A DNA stretch of 64,000 nt from Longimicrobiales bacterium (GCA_963422615.1 OY730414.1:1782302-1846301); one strand, 5' to 3'. Shown: positions 1-10,359, counted from the stretch's first letter. The notes: generated by a model from the letters alone, not told the origin. Program-made: numbers and translations.

Positions 1-734
1 TGGCGACCCGGATCGCGGTGATCCTCCCGTTCGAGGCGAAGCTTTACGAAGCGCGAGGAGGGCACGCGGAGTTCGTCGGCCACCCGCTGCTGGACGAGGT
101 GGACCGAGCCGACCCCGGAGAGCTGGCCCGGGAACTCGGCGTGGATCCGGACACCCCGGTCTTGGCCCTCTTTCCAGGATCTCGGTGGCAGGAACTGGAA
201 CGCCACACACGTCCCTTCACGGCGACCGCTCTGGAACTCCAGCGGCGTATCCCTGCGCTCAACGTGGTGGTGGGCAAGTCCTCCTCTCTTCCCGAGTCGG
301 CGTACCAGCCCTTTCCGTTTCCGGTGACGGAAGACGGCGCCTCCCTGCGAGCCCTGGCCACTGCCGGCTTGGTCAAGTCGGGAACAAGTACCCTTGAGGC
401 GGCCCTTTCGAATCTGCCGTTCGTGGTTGCGTACGTGACCCACCCCGTGACCTACTTCTTGGCGCGTCGGTTGGTACGGGTCCCGCATGTCGCGTTGGCA
501 AACCTGGTTGTCGGCAGGCGGGTCGTGCCGGAGTTCCTGCAAGAAGAAGCAAACCCCGGGTCCCTTGCCGACGCCCTGGAACCTCTCCTCGACAAGTCCA
601 CGTCCGAACGCCGAGCCATGCTTGCCGGCCTGGGATCCATGCGAGCGGCCTTGGGCAGACCCGGCGCGGCGGCAAGGGTGGCAGATCTGGTGGAAGAGGT
701 CCTTCAGGAAAGTGGCAACCGAGCAGGGGCATGA
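1..734 (+). CDS. lpxB: Lipid-A-disaccharide synthase (5'-truncated by window edge)
   Basis: ILPFE, FVGHPLLD, LFPGSR, VKSGTSTLE, VALANLV and VPEFLQ motifs; frame open from position 3; upstream of lpxK. Confidence 0.95.
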   Translation, partial: ATRIAVILPFEAKLYEARGGHAEFVGHPLLDEVDRADPGELARELGVDPDTPVLALFPGSRWQELERHTRPFTATALELQRRIPALNVVVGKSSSLPESAYQPFPFPVTEDGASLRALATAGLVKSGTSTLEAALSNLPFVVAYVTHPVTYFLARRLVRVPHVALANLVVGRRVVPEFLQEEANPGSLADALEPLLDKSTSERRAMLAGLGSMRAALGRPGAAARVADLVEEVLQESGNRAGA

Positions 735-1756
735 CCGTTGTCGGGGTCCGCAAGGCAGTGCAGGACCTGTGGTTCTGCGGCCCGAAGGGCTGGGGGACGA
801 GGCTACTCCTCGCTTTCTTGGCGCCCGTCCAGTATCCGTTTCGCCTGGCCGTCGGGGTCCGGAACGCCTGGTACGACCGGAAGGCGCAGCCTCCTCTTGT
901 CCTGCCTGTGATTTCGGTCGGCAACCTGACCGTCGGAGGAACAGGGAAGACCCCCGTGATCCGCTGGCTCCGGGATTGGTTGTCCGGCACCGGTGTCAAG
1001 GTGGCCGTCGTGACCCGGGGCTATGGCGGAGACGAAGACGCCCTGTACCGGCGCTGGTTCGACCCGGACACCGTCTTCGCGGGGGCCGACCGGAAGAAGC
1101 AGGTGCATGACGTCCATGAAAGGGGCTACGAACTGGCGCTCCTGGACGACGGCTTCCAGCACAGATCCCTTGGCCGATCGCTGGACATCCTTCTGGTGGC
1201 CGCCGAAGATTCGCCTCGGGTTCGCCTCCTCCCTGGAGGCCCCTACCGGGAACCCCTCTCGGCGGCCAGGCGGGCGACCCATGTCTTGGTGGTCCGTCGT
1301 ACCGCTCCCCCCGGCGCAGCAGCGGTTTGGCGGAAGACCCTGGCCCGGGTCGTGCCGGGGGTGCCCGTACTGGATGTGGAAATGGAAATGGGAGGGTGGA
1401 GCGACTTGGCGGGCACCCCAGCGCGCCCGCCAAGGGGGGGAGTGTTGGCGACATGCGCGATCGCTCGGCCCAAGGCCTTTGCGATCGGCCTGGAGCGAAT
1501 GTTGCCCGACGCGAAGGTAGAGTTGTTGTCCTTCGCCGATCATCACGCCTATACGGCGCGCGACGTATCCACTTTGCTCTCCCGTCGGGGCGACAGGACC
1601 ATCGTTTGCACGGCAAAGGATGCCGTCAAACTCGCCTCCTTCGGGGAACTCCGACCCCACTGCACGGTGGTGGGGTTCCAGGTAACCGGTGAGCCGGAGG
1701 AGCCCCTTCGGGGCGCCCTCGCGGAGGTGGTGCGGAACCCGTGCTCATTTCCATAG
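731..1756 (+). CDS. lpxK: Tetraacyldisaccharide 4'-kinase
   Basis: VISVGNLTVGGTGKTP, VTRGYGG, LDDGFQH, FADHH and CTAKDAVK motifs; ATGA overlap with lpxB. Confidence 0.95.
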   Translation: MTVVGVRKAVQDLWFCGPKGWGTRLLLAFLAPVQYPFRLAVGVRNAWYDRKAQPPLVLPVISVGNLTVGGTGKTPVIRWLRDWLSGTGVKVAVVTRGYGGDEDALYRRWFDPDTVFAGADRKKQVHDVHERGYELALLDDGFQHRSLGRSLDILLVAAEDSPRVRLLPGGPYREPLSAARRATHVLVVRRTAPPGAAAVWRKTLARVVPGVPVLDVEMEMGGWSDLAGTPARPPRGGVLATCAIARPKAFAIGLERMLPDAKVELLSFADHHAYTARDVSTLLSRRGDRTIVCTAKDAVKLASFGELRPHCTVVGFQVTGEPEEPLRGALAEVVRNPCSFP

Positions 1757-2202
1757 TCTCCGTAGGGAGGGCCGGGAACTTGGCTCCCTTGATCCGGGAA
1801 TACGAACAGCGGGCGGCCAGGTATTGGCGGTTCGAGTCGGTGGAGGTTCGCCAAGGGCGGGGAAGGTCCGCTGCGGAAATCCTTTGCCGGGAAGGAGACG
1901 CTATTCTGGCTCGATTGCGTCCCGGCTTCGTCAAGGTTGCCACTACCCGGGTCGGGGACGGTCTTTCTTCCACCGAAATGGCCCGGTGGCTGGGCCGACT
2001 GAGCCGGGGACCGGAACGGGGCGTTCACTTCCTCATCGGGGGTGCCTTCGGTCTCGACCCCACCCTTCGGAAGGCGTGCGGTCTCGCCTTGTCCCTTTCC
2101 GCCCTGACCCTTCCCCACGACCTTGCCCGCCTCGTGCTGGCGGAGCAGCTCTATCGGGCGGGAACCATCCTCCGGAACGAACCCTATCACAAGGGGCCGT
2201 AA
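1741..2202 (+). CDS. rlmH: 23S rRNA pseudouridine-1915 N3-methyltransferase (SPOUT)
   Basis: FLIGGAFGL and LSLSALTLPHDLARLVLAEQLYRA...EPYHK C-terminal signature; 153 aa. Confidence 0.92.
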   Translation: MLISIVSVGRAGNLAPLIREYEQRAARYWRFESVEVRQGRGRSAAEILCREGDAILARLRPGFVKVATTRVGDGLSSTEMARWLGRLSRGPERGVHFLIGGAFGLDPTLRKACGLALSLSALTLPHDLARLVLAEQLYRAGTILRNEPYHKGP

Positions 2203-2952
2203 GTGAAGCGAACTCCGTGGTTCCGGGACTGGTTCGCCGGTGAGTACTACATGGCTCTGTATCCCCACCGGGATGGGGCGGAGGCCCGCCGGGCCGTTCA
2301 GCTGCTCCGGGACACAACGGGCGGCAAACCCGGTACCCGAGTTCTGGATCTGGCCTGCGGAGCGGGTCGGCACTTGCTCGAACTTCGTCGCATCGGATAT
2401 CGGGCTACGGGGCTGGACCTTTCTTTCCGGATGCTCAAGACCGCCCGAGGCACGGTTCCGGCCGCCGCCCTGGTGCAGAGCGACATGCGGTTCCTTCCGT
2501 TCCGTTCCGGATCTTTCGAAATGGTCACGTCATACTTTACGTCCTTCGGATATTTCGACGATGAGGGTGACGATCTTCGGGTTCTGCACGAGGTGCGAAG
2601 GGTCCTCAGTCCCGGCGGCGCCCTGCTCCTTGACTTCATGAACGCCGAAGAAGTGGTCGCGAATCTGAAGAGAAAGGACCGGCGGACGGTCTCGGGGATG
2701 GATGTGGTCCAGGAACGGCGGTTGATCGAAGACGGACGGGTCGTGGAAAAGCGGATCATCATCGGTCCGCGCGACGGTGCACCGGAGCAGCGTTTCGTTG
2801 AGCGGGTCCGGATGTACCGGCCTGGAGAGCTGGCCTCCATGATGACGGAGGCCCGCCTGGACCCCGGTCCGGTCTTCGGCGGGTACGACCGCTCCCCGTT
2901 TTCTTCGGCGACGTCTCCTCGCTACATCGTGGTGGCCAACGCCTCTCGATAA
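2203..2952 (+). CDS. Class I SAM-dependent methyltransferase, probable bacillithiol N-methyltransferase (NmbA-like)
   Basis: VLDLACGAGRH motif I, DMR and FTSFGYF; N-terminal WFxxWF..YYxxLYxHRD; TAATG overlap with bshC. The methyltransferase call is firm; the substrate is inferred. Confidence 0.8.
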   Translation: MKRTPWFRDWFAGEYYMALYPHRDGAEARRAVQLLRDTTGGKPGTRVLDLACGAGRHLLELRRIGYRATGLDLSFRMLKTARGTVPAAALVQSDMRFLPFRSGSFEMVTSYFTSFGYFDDEGDDLRVLHEVRRVLSPGGALLLDFMNAEEVVANLKRKDRRTVSGMDVVQERRLIEDGRVVEKRIIIGPRDGAPEQRFVERVRMYRPGELASMMTEARLDPGPVFGGYDRSPFSSATSPRYIVVANASR

Positions 2953-4547
2953 TGCGCATTCTGACCCGTCCCCTCGGGGGATCACGGCTCGTCCGAGCGT
3001 ACCTGGACGAGCGAAAGGAGGCCGCCCCCTTCTACCGCGGTTCCCCCTTCGATCCTGAAACCTACCGGAACAAGGCGGAAGCGCTGGACCGAGTCGCCCA
3101 AGTCGGATGGCGAGAGCGCTCGGGGCACAAGATTCGGCCTGTAGGGCCCCGAGCCCGGGTGGCGCTCCGGGAGGTAATCCGGGCGAACGGCTACTTCGTA
3201 ACCACAGGGCAACAGCCAGGGCTCTTCGGCGGGCCCCTCTATAGCCTCTACAAGGCCCTGACCGCGGTTCGTCTGGCGGAAGCCCTGGAACCCGTGACCG
3301 GCAAGCCCGTGATGCCTCTCTTCTGGGTCGCTTCCGAGGACCATGATTGGGAGGAGGCGAACCACGTCCACGTGATTGATGGTGGCAACGAGCTCCACCG
3401 CTTGACCTTGGGGCCGGAAGGCGGAAGCGGGATGCGTCCTCTCGGGGAGGTGCGACTGGGAGAGAAAGTGGGGGAGGTTGTCGGCAAAATGGCTCGCCTG
3501 TTTCCTCGCAACGACTTCCACGCCCGAAACGTCGCGTTGTTACGGGAGGCGTTCCACCCGGGAGCCACCCTGGCCTCCGGCTTTTCGGATCTCATGGCGG
3601 AGCTGTTGAGGGATACGCCCATCGGTCTGGTCAATGCCGGAGACCCGGCGCTGAAAGAGGCTTCCATACCCCTCCTTCGAGCCGAAGCCGAGGATTCGGT
3701 TGCCGGGGAAACGGTGCTGAACGAGACCGCGCGGGCTCTCGAGGATGCGGGATACGCGCTTCAGGTCCCTCTGATTCCGGGCGCCGTCAACCTGTTCGTC
3801 CACGGGGAAGAAGGGCGGGACCGGCTCCAGCGAACCGACGACGGTTTCAGGCTCCGGCGCTCTGGACGGAGACTTTCCCGGCGTCAGGTTTTTGAGCTGA
3901 TCAACGACCACCCCGGCGCCGTGTCTCCCAATGTCCTTCTCCGCCCGGTGGTCGAAGGCTTCCTGTTCCCCACGCTGGCCTACGTGGGAGGTCCGGGGGA
4001 GCTGGCCTATTTCGGACAGCTGGCGGGGTTCTTCGAGCGTCACGGTGTGGGGTCTCCCGTCGTCTTCCCCCGGGCCTCCCTCCTGGTGGTGGAAGGCAAG
4101 GTGGAGAAAGTCCTGGAGAAGTTCGCCTTGGCCCCGGACGATCTTCGGGACGGGGATGGACTTGTGAATCGCTTCGCCAGAGAAGAAGTGCCGAAAGAGG
4201 TGCGAAGAGCCGTGGGTCGCTGGAAAGGGGCCGTCGGCTCCCATGCGGGTGACATGGCCATGCGGGTAACGGAGGTTGATCCGACCCTGAAGGGTGCCGT
4301 GGCGGGAGCCCGAAACTCCGGCTTGGCCGCTCTGGAAGCGCTGGAAAGAAAGATCGTTCGAGCCGTCAAGCGCCAAAACGAGATATCGTGGAGCCAGATC
4401 GGTAAGGCCCAGGTCAACCTGTGGCCCGGCGGCAAGCCCCAGGACCGGATGTTGAGCCCCCTGCAGTACTTCATGCGCTACGGAGACGGCTTCTTGGACT
4501 TGGCATTCCGGGGCGTCCATTTGGCTCCGTCCATTCAAAGAGGGTAG
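2952..4547 (+). CDS. bshC: Bacillithiol biosynthesis cysteine-adding enzyme
   Basis: VTTGQQPGLFGGPLYSLYKA, FWVASEDHDWEE, SPNVLLRPV, YVGGPGELAYF and PQDR motifs; 531 aa. Confidence 0.95.
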   Translation: MRILTRPLGGSRLVRAYLDERKEAAPFYRGSPFDPETYRNKAEALDRVAQVGWRERSGHKIRPVGPRARVALREVIRANGYFVTTGQQPGLFGGPLYSLYKALTAVRLAEALEPVTGKPVMPLFWVASEDHDWEEANHVHVIDGGNELHRLTLGPEGGSGMRPLGEVRLGEKVGEVVGKMARLFPRNDFHARNVALLREAFHPGATLASGFSDLMAELLRDTPIGLVNAGDPALKEASIPLLRAEAEDSVAGETVLNETARALEDAGYALQVPLIPGAVNLFVHGEEGRDRLQRTDDGFRLRRSGRRLSRRQVFELINDHPGAVSPNVLLRPVVEGFLFPTLAYVGGPGELAYFGQLAGFFERHGVGSPVVFPRASLLVVEGKVEKVLEKFALAPDDLRDGDGLVNRFAREEVPKEVRRAVGRWKGAVGSHAGDMAMRVTEVDPTLKGAVAGARNSGLAALEALERKIVRAVKRQNEISWSQIGKAQVNLWPGGKPQDRMLSPLQYFMRYGDGFLDLAFRGVHLAPSIQRG

Positions 4548-4556
4548 CTTCCACCC

Positions 4557-4835
4557 ATGTGGCCGATCCTGTTCGTTCTCGTCCTCTTGATCCCCATTCT
4601 CGCCATCGTCCTGGACTCCCAGGTGGGGAAGGCGTTTGCCAGGCGGCTGGAACGCCGGAGCCTAGGGGAGGGGGAACGAGCTATGCACGACAGGCTGATC
4701 TATCTGGAAGGAGAAGTCCATCGTCTCGGGCGGGAGGTGGACCGGCTTGAGGAAGAAGGCCGGTTTCTCCAGAAGCTCATGGTTGACCGCCCGAGTTCCG
4801 AAGCGCTTCCATCCGGGAAAAAAAGCGAATCCTGA
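4557..4835 (+). CDS. Small single-pass membrane protein with coiled coil
   Basis: Hydrophobic N-terminus, DSQVGKAFARRLE and a heptad-like C-terminus; fills the gap in the operon. Confidence 0.7.
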   Translation: MWPILFVLVLLIPILAIVLDSQVGKAFARRLERRSLGEGERAMHDRLIYLEGEVHRLGREVDRLEEEGRFLQKLMVDRPSSEALPSGKKSES

Positions 4836-4859
4836 CCCCCCCGAACTCGGTCTTCTGAG

Positions 4860-6422
4860 TTGGCGGCGCTTCACGTAGCTTCCGGGATCTTCGTAAGCCG
4901 GGTCCTCGGACTCGCTCGGGAGTGGTTCCTGGCCCGCTGCTTCGGGAACGGGCCCTTGGCAGACGCTTGGAGCGCGGCGCTCAAGATCCCCAATGTGGTT
5001 CAGAACCTTTTGGGGGAGGGAAGCCTGAGCGCTTCCTTCATCCCGGTCTATGCCCGGTTGCTCGAGGAAGGCCGGGAAGAAGAAGCCGGTCGAGTGGCCG
5101 GCGCCGTTCTCGGGATTGTGGTGACCCTGGCGGGCGGGCTGGCCGTCGTAGGCGCATGGGCCGCGCCTTTGCTCACCCGGGTGATCGTGTTCGGCTTCGC
5201 CGGTGACGATCGGGCCGATGTGGTCACCGGTCTCCTTGGAATTCTGTTTCCCATGACGGCGGTGCTTGTGCTCTCCGCATGGGCTGTGGGCATCCTCAAC
5301 AGCCACCGCAGATTTTTCGCTTCCTATGTGGCCCCGTCGCTGTGGAACCTGTCGATGATCGGGTTTCTGGTCGTCGCGGGAAGCCGAGGCATCATGGGCG
5401 TGGATCTGGTTGTCGCCCTCGGTTGGGGAGCCCTGACAGGGGGGGTTCTTCAAGTCCTGTTCCAGCTCTCGTTCATGCGCCGGTACTTGAAGGGTGTCGT
5501 GCCCTCTCTGGGGAGGGGAGTCAGGGAGGTCCGAACGGTAATCTCCAATTTTCTTCCCGCCGTCGCCGCCCGGGGGGCCGTCAATCTGAGCGGCCTGCTT
5601 GACACGTTTCTGGCGTCTTTGCTGACACAGGGAGCCAATGCCCTCATTCGATATGCCACCACGCTGTACGTTCTGCCCATATCTCTCTTCGGAATGTCCA
5701 TTGCCGCTGCCGAGCTCCCGGAACTTTCCCGGAAGGGGATAACCCGACTAGACGAGGTCCGCAGCCGAACGGAACAGGCGATCAGTAGGGTGCTGTTCTG
5801 GCTGGTGCCGTCTTCCGTCGGCTACGTGATCTTCCGGGAGGAAGTCATGGCGGTGTACCGAAGCGGCTCCTTCGGGGCCGCCGACGCCACGGCGGTGGGA
5901 TGGGTTCTTGCCGTCTACACGCTTGGCCTTCCCGCTTCGGGTGCTTCTCGGGTTCTCTCTTCCGCCTTCTTCAGTCTGGGAGACACCCGCACTCCAGCCC
6001 GCATCAGCGTGGCCCGAATCGGGGTGTCCGCCCTGGTCGGCGTCTCTCTCATGTTCCCCCTGGACGGGATCCGCATCGGCGGCTTGGGCCTGGGAGCGGC
6101 GGGCCTTGCCGCCGGGGCCTCCCTAGGTGGTTGGATGGAGCTTTCCCTGCTGCGCAGGAAACTTTGCAAGCGTCTTTCCGGGCTGTCCCTTCAGGGAAGA
6201 ACGGGACTGCGCTACCTCTTCGCAGCCGGAGTTGCCGCCGGGGTGGGCCTCGTGGGGAAGGCGCTGCTCCCGACCGTGCACCCGGTCCTTCAGGCCCTGG
6301 GGACACTCCTTCCGTTCGGAGTCGCGTATCTGCTCTTGACCCGGGCGCTGGGCGTGCTACCCGTGACCGTCCGCGCGCGGATTCGGAGAATCTTCTCCCG
6401 AAACAGGGATCGGACGCCCTGA
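4860..6422 (+). CDS. murJ: Lipid II flippase MurJ (MviN)
   Basis: SRVLGLARE, IPN...GEGSLSASFIPVY and FFSLGDTRTP motifs; many TM helices. Confidence 0.95.
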   Translation: MAALHVASGIFVSRVLGLAREWFLARCFGNGPLADAWSAALKIPNVVQNLLGEGSLSASFIPVYARLLEEGREEEAGRVAGAVLGIVVTLAGGLAVVGAWAAPLLTRVIVFGFAGDDRADVVTGLLGILFPMTAVLVLSAWAVGILNSHRRFFASYVAPSLWNLSMIGFLVVAGSRGIMGVDLVVALGWGALTGGVLQVLFQLSFMRRYLKGVVPSLGRGVREVRTVISNFLPAVAARGAVNLSGLLDTFLASLLTQGANALIRYATTLYVLPISLFGMSIAAAELPELSRKGITRLDEVRSRTEQAISRVLFWLVPSSVGYVIFREEVMAVYRSGSFGAADATAVGWVLAVYTLGLPASGASRVLSSAFFSLGDTRTPARISVARIGVSALVGVSLMFPLDGIRIGGLGLGAAGLAAGASLGGWMELSLLRRKLCKRLSGLSLQGRTGLRYLFAAGVAAGVGLVGKALLPTVHPVLQALGTLLPFGVAYLLLTRALGVLPVTVRARIRRIFSRNRDRTP

Positions 6423-6423
6423 A

Positions 6424-8361
6424 ATGGGGACTCCGGATGACAGCGCCATCAACTTGCGACCGAGCGGCTTTGCTCCGGAAGTCGGCCTCCCTCAAAGGGG
6501 GGACAGGACCGTTGGGTCGGCGGGGATTCCCTTTGACCCGACCCGGGTGAATCGACTGCCGGAAAAGCCCGGCGTGTACCTCTTCAGAAGCGCTCGGGAG
6601 GAAATCCTGTACGTGGGGAAGGCCAAGGTACTTCGCGCCCGGGTCCGGTCCTACCTGACAAAAGGGGGGCGCTCGGAAATCAAGACCCGGGAGCTGGTTC
6701 GCCTGGCCGAAACGGTGGAAACCTTCGTCGTGGGTTCGGAAGCGGAAGCCCTGATCCTCGAAGCGAACCTCATCAAGGAGCACCGGCCTCGATTCAACAT
6801 TCAACTCCGGGACGACAAGACCTACCCGTACGTCAAAGTCACGGTGAACGAACCCTTTCCTCGGGCCTACGTAACCCGGCGGCTGCGCAGGGATGGCGCC
6901 CGCTACTTTGGCCCGTTCGTGTCCGTCGCCCGGATGCGGCAGGCCCTCGAAGCCGTCAAGCGGATCTACGCCGTCCGCTCATGCAGGTACGATCTTCCCG
7001 GGGAGGTTCCTGCTCGGCCCTGCCTCGACCACCACATCGGACGGTGCATGGCTCCCTGCGCCGAGTTGCAGTCCCAGCGGGACTACCGGAGCATGATTGG
7101 CGAAGTGGTTCGGATCCTGTCCGGAGACGTGGCGGAGATTCAAGTTCAGATTGAAGAAGAGATGCGTAAGGCGTCTCGGGACATGGAGTTCGAGAGGGCC
7201 ACCCACCTGAGGGATGTCCTTTTCGGCTTGGACGCCATTGCCCGCCTGCAACGGGTCCAGGTTGTTGGTGGAGGGGACCAGGACGTCGTGGGTTTGGCCC
7301 GAGACGGCGCCCGAGCCGCCGTCGTGACCCTTCAGGTCCGAGGTGGGGTTCTCGTGGGACGGTACATTCGCTTTCTGATCGGTGTGGACGGCGAACCGGA
7401 TCCGGTCCTGCTTTCGCGCTTCGCGTCACACGCGTACCTGTCAAGCGGGTCGGCGGCGTTTGAGCAGTTGCCCCGGGAAGTGCTCTTTCCGGTCGACTTC
7501 GATGACCTGAAGCTCCTGGAGCGCGTACTGACCACCCGAGCCTCCCGAAGGGTCTTCGTTCGGGTTCCGAAGCGGGGTGCCAAGGTTCGCCTTCTCGACT
7601 TGGCGGCGGCCAACGCCCGCCACGCGCTGAGTGACCGGACGAGAAGGGGAGAAGTCCGCTGGATTCGGACGGACGACGTCCTCTACGAACTTCAGGAACG
7701 CTTGGACCTCAAGGGGGTGCCTCGCCTGATCGTTTGTTTCGATGTTTCCCACACTCAGGGCTCCGAGACCGTCGCGAGTGCGGTTCTATTCGAGAACGGA
7801 GAGCCCAAGAAATCGGCCTACCGGCACATGAGGATCCGGGGAAAACCCGGCAATGACGACTATCGCTCCATGGCCGAAGCCGTCCGAAGGTACTTCGCCC
7901 GGAAGCTGACGGAAGAAGGTCCCCTCCCGGACCTTGTGGTGATTGACGGGGGCAGGGGACAGCTTCGGGCGGCCCAGAAGGCCCTGCACGACCTGAGTTG
8001 TGCGGGCGTCCCCCTGGCTGCTTTGGCGAAGAGGCACGATCTCGTCTACAGGCCGGAGAAGGAAGAAGCACTCCGTATCCCCGCGACTTCGCCTTCCCTT
8101 CACCTGATGCAGCGCGTGCGAGACGAGGCGCATCGGTTCGCCGTCGGCTACAACCGCAAGCTGCGTTCGCGGCGAACGCTACGCTCGGAGTTGGGGGACA
8201 TTCCCGGCGTGGGGCCGAAGCGGCAGCAAGCGCTCCTGTCACGCTTCGGCTCCGTGCGAGGGGTCCGAGACGCCACCCCGGCCGAGATCGGCCGGGTCCC
8301 CGGTTTCAGCGAAGCCATGGGGGTGCGCATTCTGACGTGGCTGAAGGGCGGGGGCCGATAG
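6424..8361 (+). CDS. uvrC: Excinuclease ABC subunit C
   Basis: GIY-YIG (PGVYLF..YVGKAK), EALILEANLIK, UVR domain, CFDVSH, PDLVVIDGGRGQL, RDEAHRFA and HhH (IPGVGPKR); true start may be slightly downstream. Confidence 0.97.
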   Translation: MGTPDDSAINLRPSGFAPEVGLPQRGDRTVGSAGIPFDPTRVNRLPEKPGVYLFRSAREEILYVGKAKVLRARVRSYLTKGGRSEIKTRELVRLAETVETFVVGSEAEALILEANLIKEHRPRFNIQLRDDKTYPYVKVTVNEPFPRAYVTRRLRRDGARYFGPFVSVARMRQALEAVKRIYAVRSCRYDLPGEVPARPCLDHHIGRCMAPCAELQSQRDYRSMIGEVVRILSGDVAEIQVQIEEEMRKASRDMEFERATHLRDVLFGLDAIARLQRVQVVGGGDQDVVGLARDGARAAVVTLQVRGGVLVGRYIRFLIGVDGEPDPVLLSRFASHAYLSSGSAAFEQLPREVLFPVDFDDLKLLERVLTTRASRRVFVRVPKRGAKVRLLDLAAANARHALSDRTRRGEVRWIRTDDVLYELQERLDLKGVPRLIVCFDVSHTQGSETVASAVLFENGEPKKSAYRHMRIRGKPGNDDYRSMAEAVRRYFARKLTEEGPLPDLVVIDGGRGQLRAAQKALHDLSCAGVPLAALAKRHDLVYRPEKEEALRIPATSPSLHLMQRVRDEAHRFAVGYNRKLRSRRTLRSELGDIPGVGPKRQQALLSRFGSVRGVRDATPAEIGRVPGFSEAMGVRILTWLKGGGR

Positions 8362-8639
8362 CCCAGTCCATGCGGGGGGAAATTGCCGGCGTGCTCACGC
8401 TGGGCCGCTCTCATCTCGAAATCGTCCGAACCGATCGCCTCAAGGGGTGCGGGGGCGCAGGCACGGTCTTCAGGCGTTCGGTCATTCCCCGTAATCGGCT
8501 CCTGTACGGCTCCGCCCCAGGGGTCGTTCCTGATGCAGGCTTCGGCTTCAAATGTTATGTTGGATGCTCCGGGCGCCGGGGGTGCGTCCAAGGAGAACGT
8601 CCAGAGGAACTCACGGTGAATGATCTCAGGAGGGTTGGC

Positions 8640-10109
8640 GTGACGAAGGTTCGCATGGGACTCCCGATCGTGGTTGCAAGTGCACTGGTGCTGGTCGGTT
8701 GCGCGTCCGGTTCCGGCGGTAGCAGCGTGGAGGAGGGGAATCCTCCTCGGGACAATGGCCACACGAGGAGTGCCGAGTTGTTTTTGACCCAAGCCCGGAC
8801 CCTGGGTGACGTCTCTCGGTTCGGTCAAGCCCTGGCCGCTGCCAACAACTCCATTCTTGAAGAACCCCAGAACCCGATGGGCTATTTCCAGGCGGGCAGA
8901 GCCCAAATCGGCTTGGAGGACTATGTCGCCGCCGATACCCTCTTTGCCATTGCGATGGAACTCTACCCCGCCTACGAAGAGGAAGTAAGGGTGGAGCGGG
9001 AGGCCGCCTGGATCGACCTTTTCAACCGGGCGATTGAGCCCCTTGACGCCGGCGATGCCGATGAAGGCGTGCGTCTTCTGGAGGCCGCCGAGGCCATTTT
9101 CCATCGGCGGCGCCCCGAGGCTCTGATCAATTTGGGGGTCAGCTATAGCAACACGGGGCGGACGGCCGACGCCATTGATGCGTACGGGGCCGCGCTTGAC
9201 ATCATCCGGGGTCCCCATAGGACGGTCGTGGACAGCGCGACGGCCGCCGGCTGGGTCGCGAGGGAGCAGAGCGTGACCTTCAACCGGGCGCAGCTGCTGA
9301 GTCAAGCCGAACGGTATGCCGAAGCCGCCCAAGAATACGAAATCTATCTGGAGTCGAATCCGGGAGACGTAGGGACGCTCTCCAGCTTGGCCTCCGTTAT
9401 GTCCCAGTCCGGCATGACCGATTCGGCCCAGGCCATCTACGACGGTCTCCTCTCCGATCCCGATCTGGGGATTCGGGAGTACTTCAACATCGGGGTGGGG
9501 CTGTACACGGCCCAAGTCTTCGAGAGGGCGGCAGAAGCGTTCCGCAGGGTGGCGGAAGTGGCTCCGGAAAACCGGGACGCCGTCTACAATCTTTCCCAGT
9601 CGTTGTATGAAGCCGAGGATTGGGAGGCCCTGTTGCCGGTCGCCAGAAGCTTGGTTGAGCTGGACGGCTACAACGCGGACAGCTATACGACCCTCGCTCA
9701 GGCCCTGATCAACACCGACGCCGAGCAGGAAGCCGTGGACGTCCTGACGGTCCGGGAAGACCTGCCCTTCCGCCTTGAAGGAAGTCAGCTTCAACCCCGA
9801 AGTTCAGGAGGGGCTTCGGTTTCCGGGCAGCTGGTCAACAACTCTTTGGAGCCGGGTACAACGGTTGTAATCCGGGTTCACTTCAATGGTGACGACGGCG
9901 CCGAAATCGGTTCGGCCGAGGTCCGCGTGACGGCCCCCGAGCAGGATTGTGCGGCCGGCGACGAGTTGCCCGAACTTGATGATTCCGAAGAGGTAAAGGC
10001 GGAACTGGCTTGTGCCGACCGAAGGGAGCCATTCCGGGCCGACTTGACCAGCGACGAAAGCGTCCTGGGATTCTACTTTGAGTACGTGGAGATCGTCTCC
10101 CCCAGATAA
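8640..10109 (+). CDS. TPR-repeat lipoprotein with C-terminal beta-sandwich-like domain
   Basis: GTG at 8640 after AGGAGG; lipobox LVGC; multiple TPR-like helices (ALINLGVSYSNTG, YFNIGVGLY, AVYNLSQSLY). Confidence 0.8.
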   Translation: MTKVRMGLPIVVASALVLVGCASGSGGSSVEEGNPPRDNGHTRSAELFLTQARTLGDVSRFGQALAAANNSILEEPQNPMGYFQAGRAQIGLEDYVAADTLFAIAMELYPAYEEEVRVEREAAWIDLFNRAIEPLDAGDADEGVRLLEAAEAIFHRRRPEALINLGVSYSNTGRTADAIDAYGAALDIIRGPHRTVVDSATAAGWVAREQSVTFNRAQLLSQAERYAEAAQEYEIYLESNPGDVGTLSSLASVMSQSGMTDSAQAIYDGLLSDPDLGIREYFNIGVGLYTAQVFERAAEAFRRVAEVAPENRDAVYNLSQSLYEAEDWEALLPVARSLVELDGYNADSYTTLAQALINTDAEQEAVDVLTVREDLPFRLEGSQLQPRSSGGASVSGQLVNNSLEPGTTVVIRVHFNGDDGAEIGSAEVRVTAPEQDCAAGDELPELDDSEEVKAELACADRREPFRADLTSDESVLGFYFEYVEIVSPR

Positions 10110-10126
10110 CGTTTCGCAGCAGTCCC

Positions 10127-10199
10127 GCGGGAGTAGCTCAGGCGGTAGAGCATCAGCTTCCCAAGCTGAGGGTCGCGGGTTCGAGTCCCGTCTCCCGCT
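10127..10199 (+). tRNA. tRNA-Gly(CCC)
   Basis: Acceptor stem GCGGGAG/CTCCCGC, D-arm AGCTCAGGCGGTAGAGC, anticodon arm TCAGC-TTCCCAA-GCTGA, T-loop GGTTCGAGTCCC; CCA not encoded in register. Confidence 0.97.
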
Positions 10200-10359
10200 T
10201 TCCACCCTTGATCCTGGTGGCTTACTTGAGGCGGGCCGGGAACGCCGATTCCTCTGACCGTCGGTCCGTTGGCGCGCGCTGGGTCTCCCTTCTACCTTGA
10301 TGGGAACCCTCCGCGCGGATGCGGATCCAGCTTCTCCTTCCAACCGGGACGTTGTTTCG

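Noticed and set aside
7998..8639. N-terminal extension of the 703-aa ORF
   Set aside because: It overlaps uvrC and is low-complexity; the SD and lipoprotein signal point to the start at 8640
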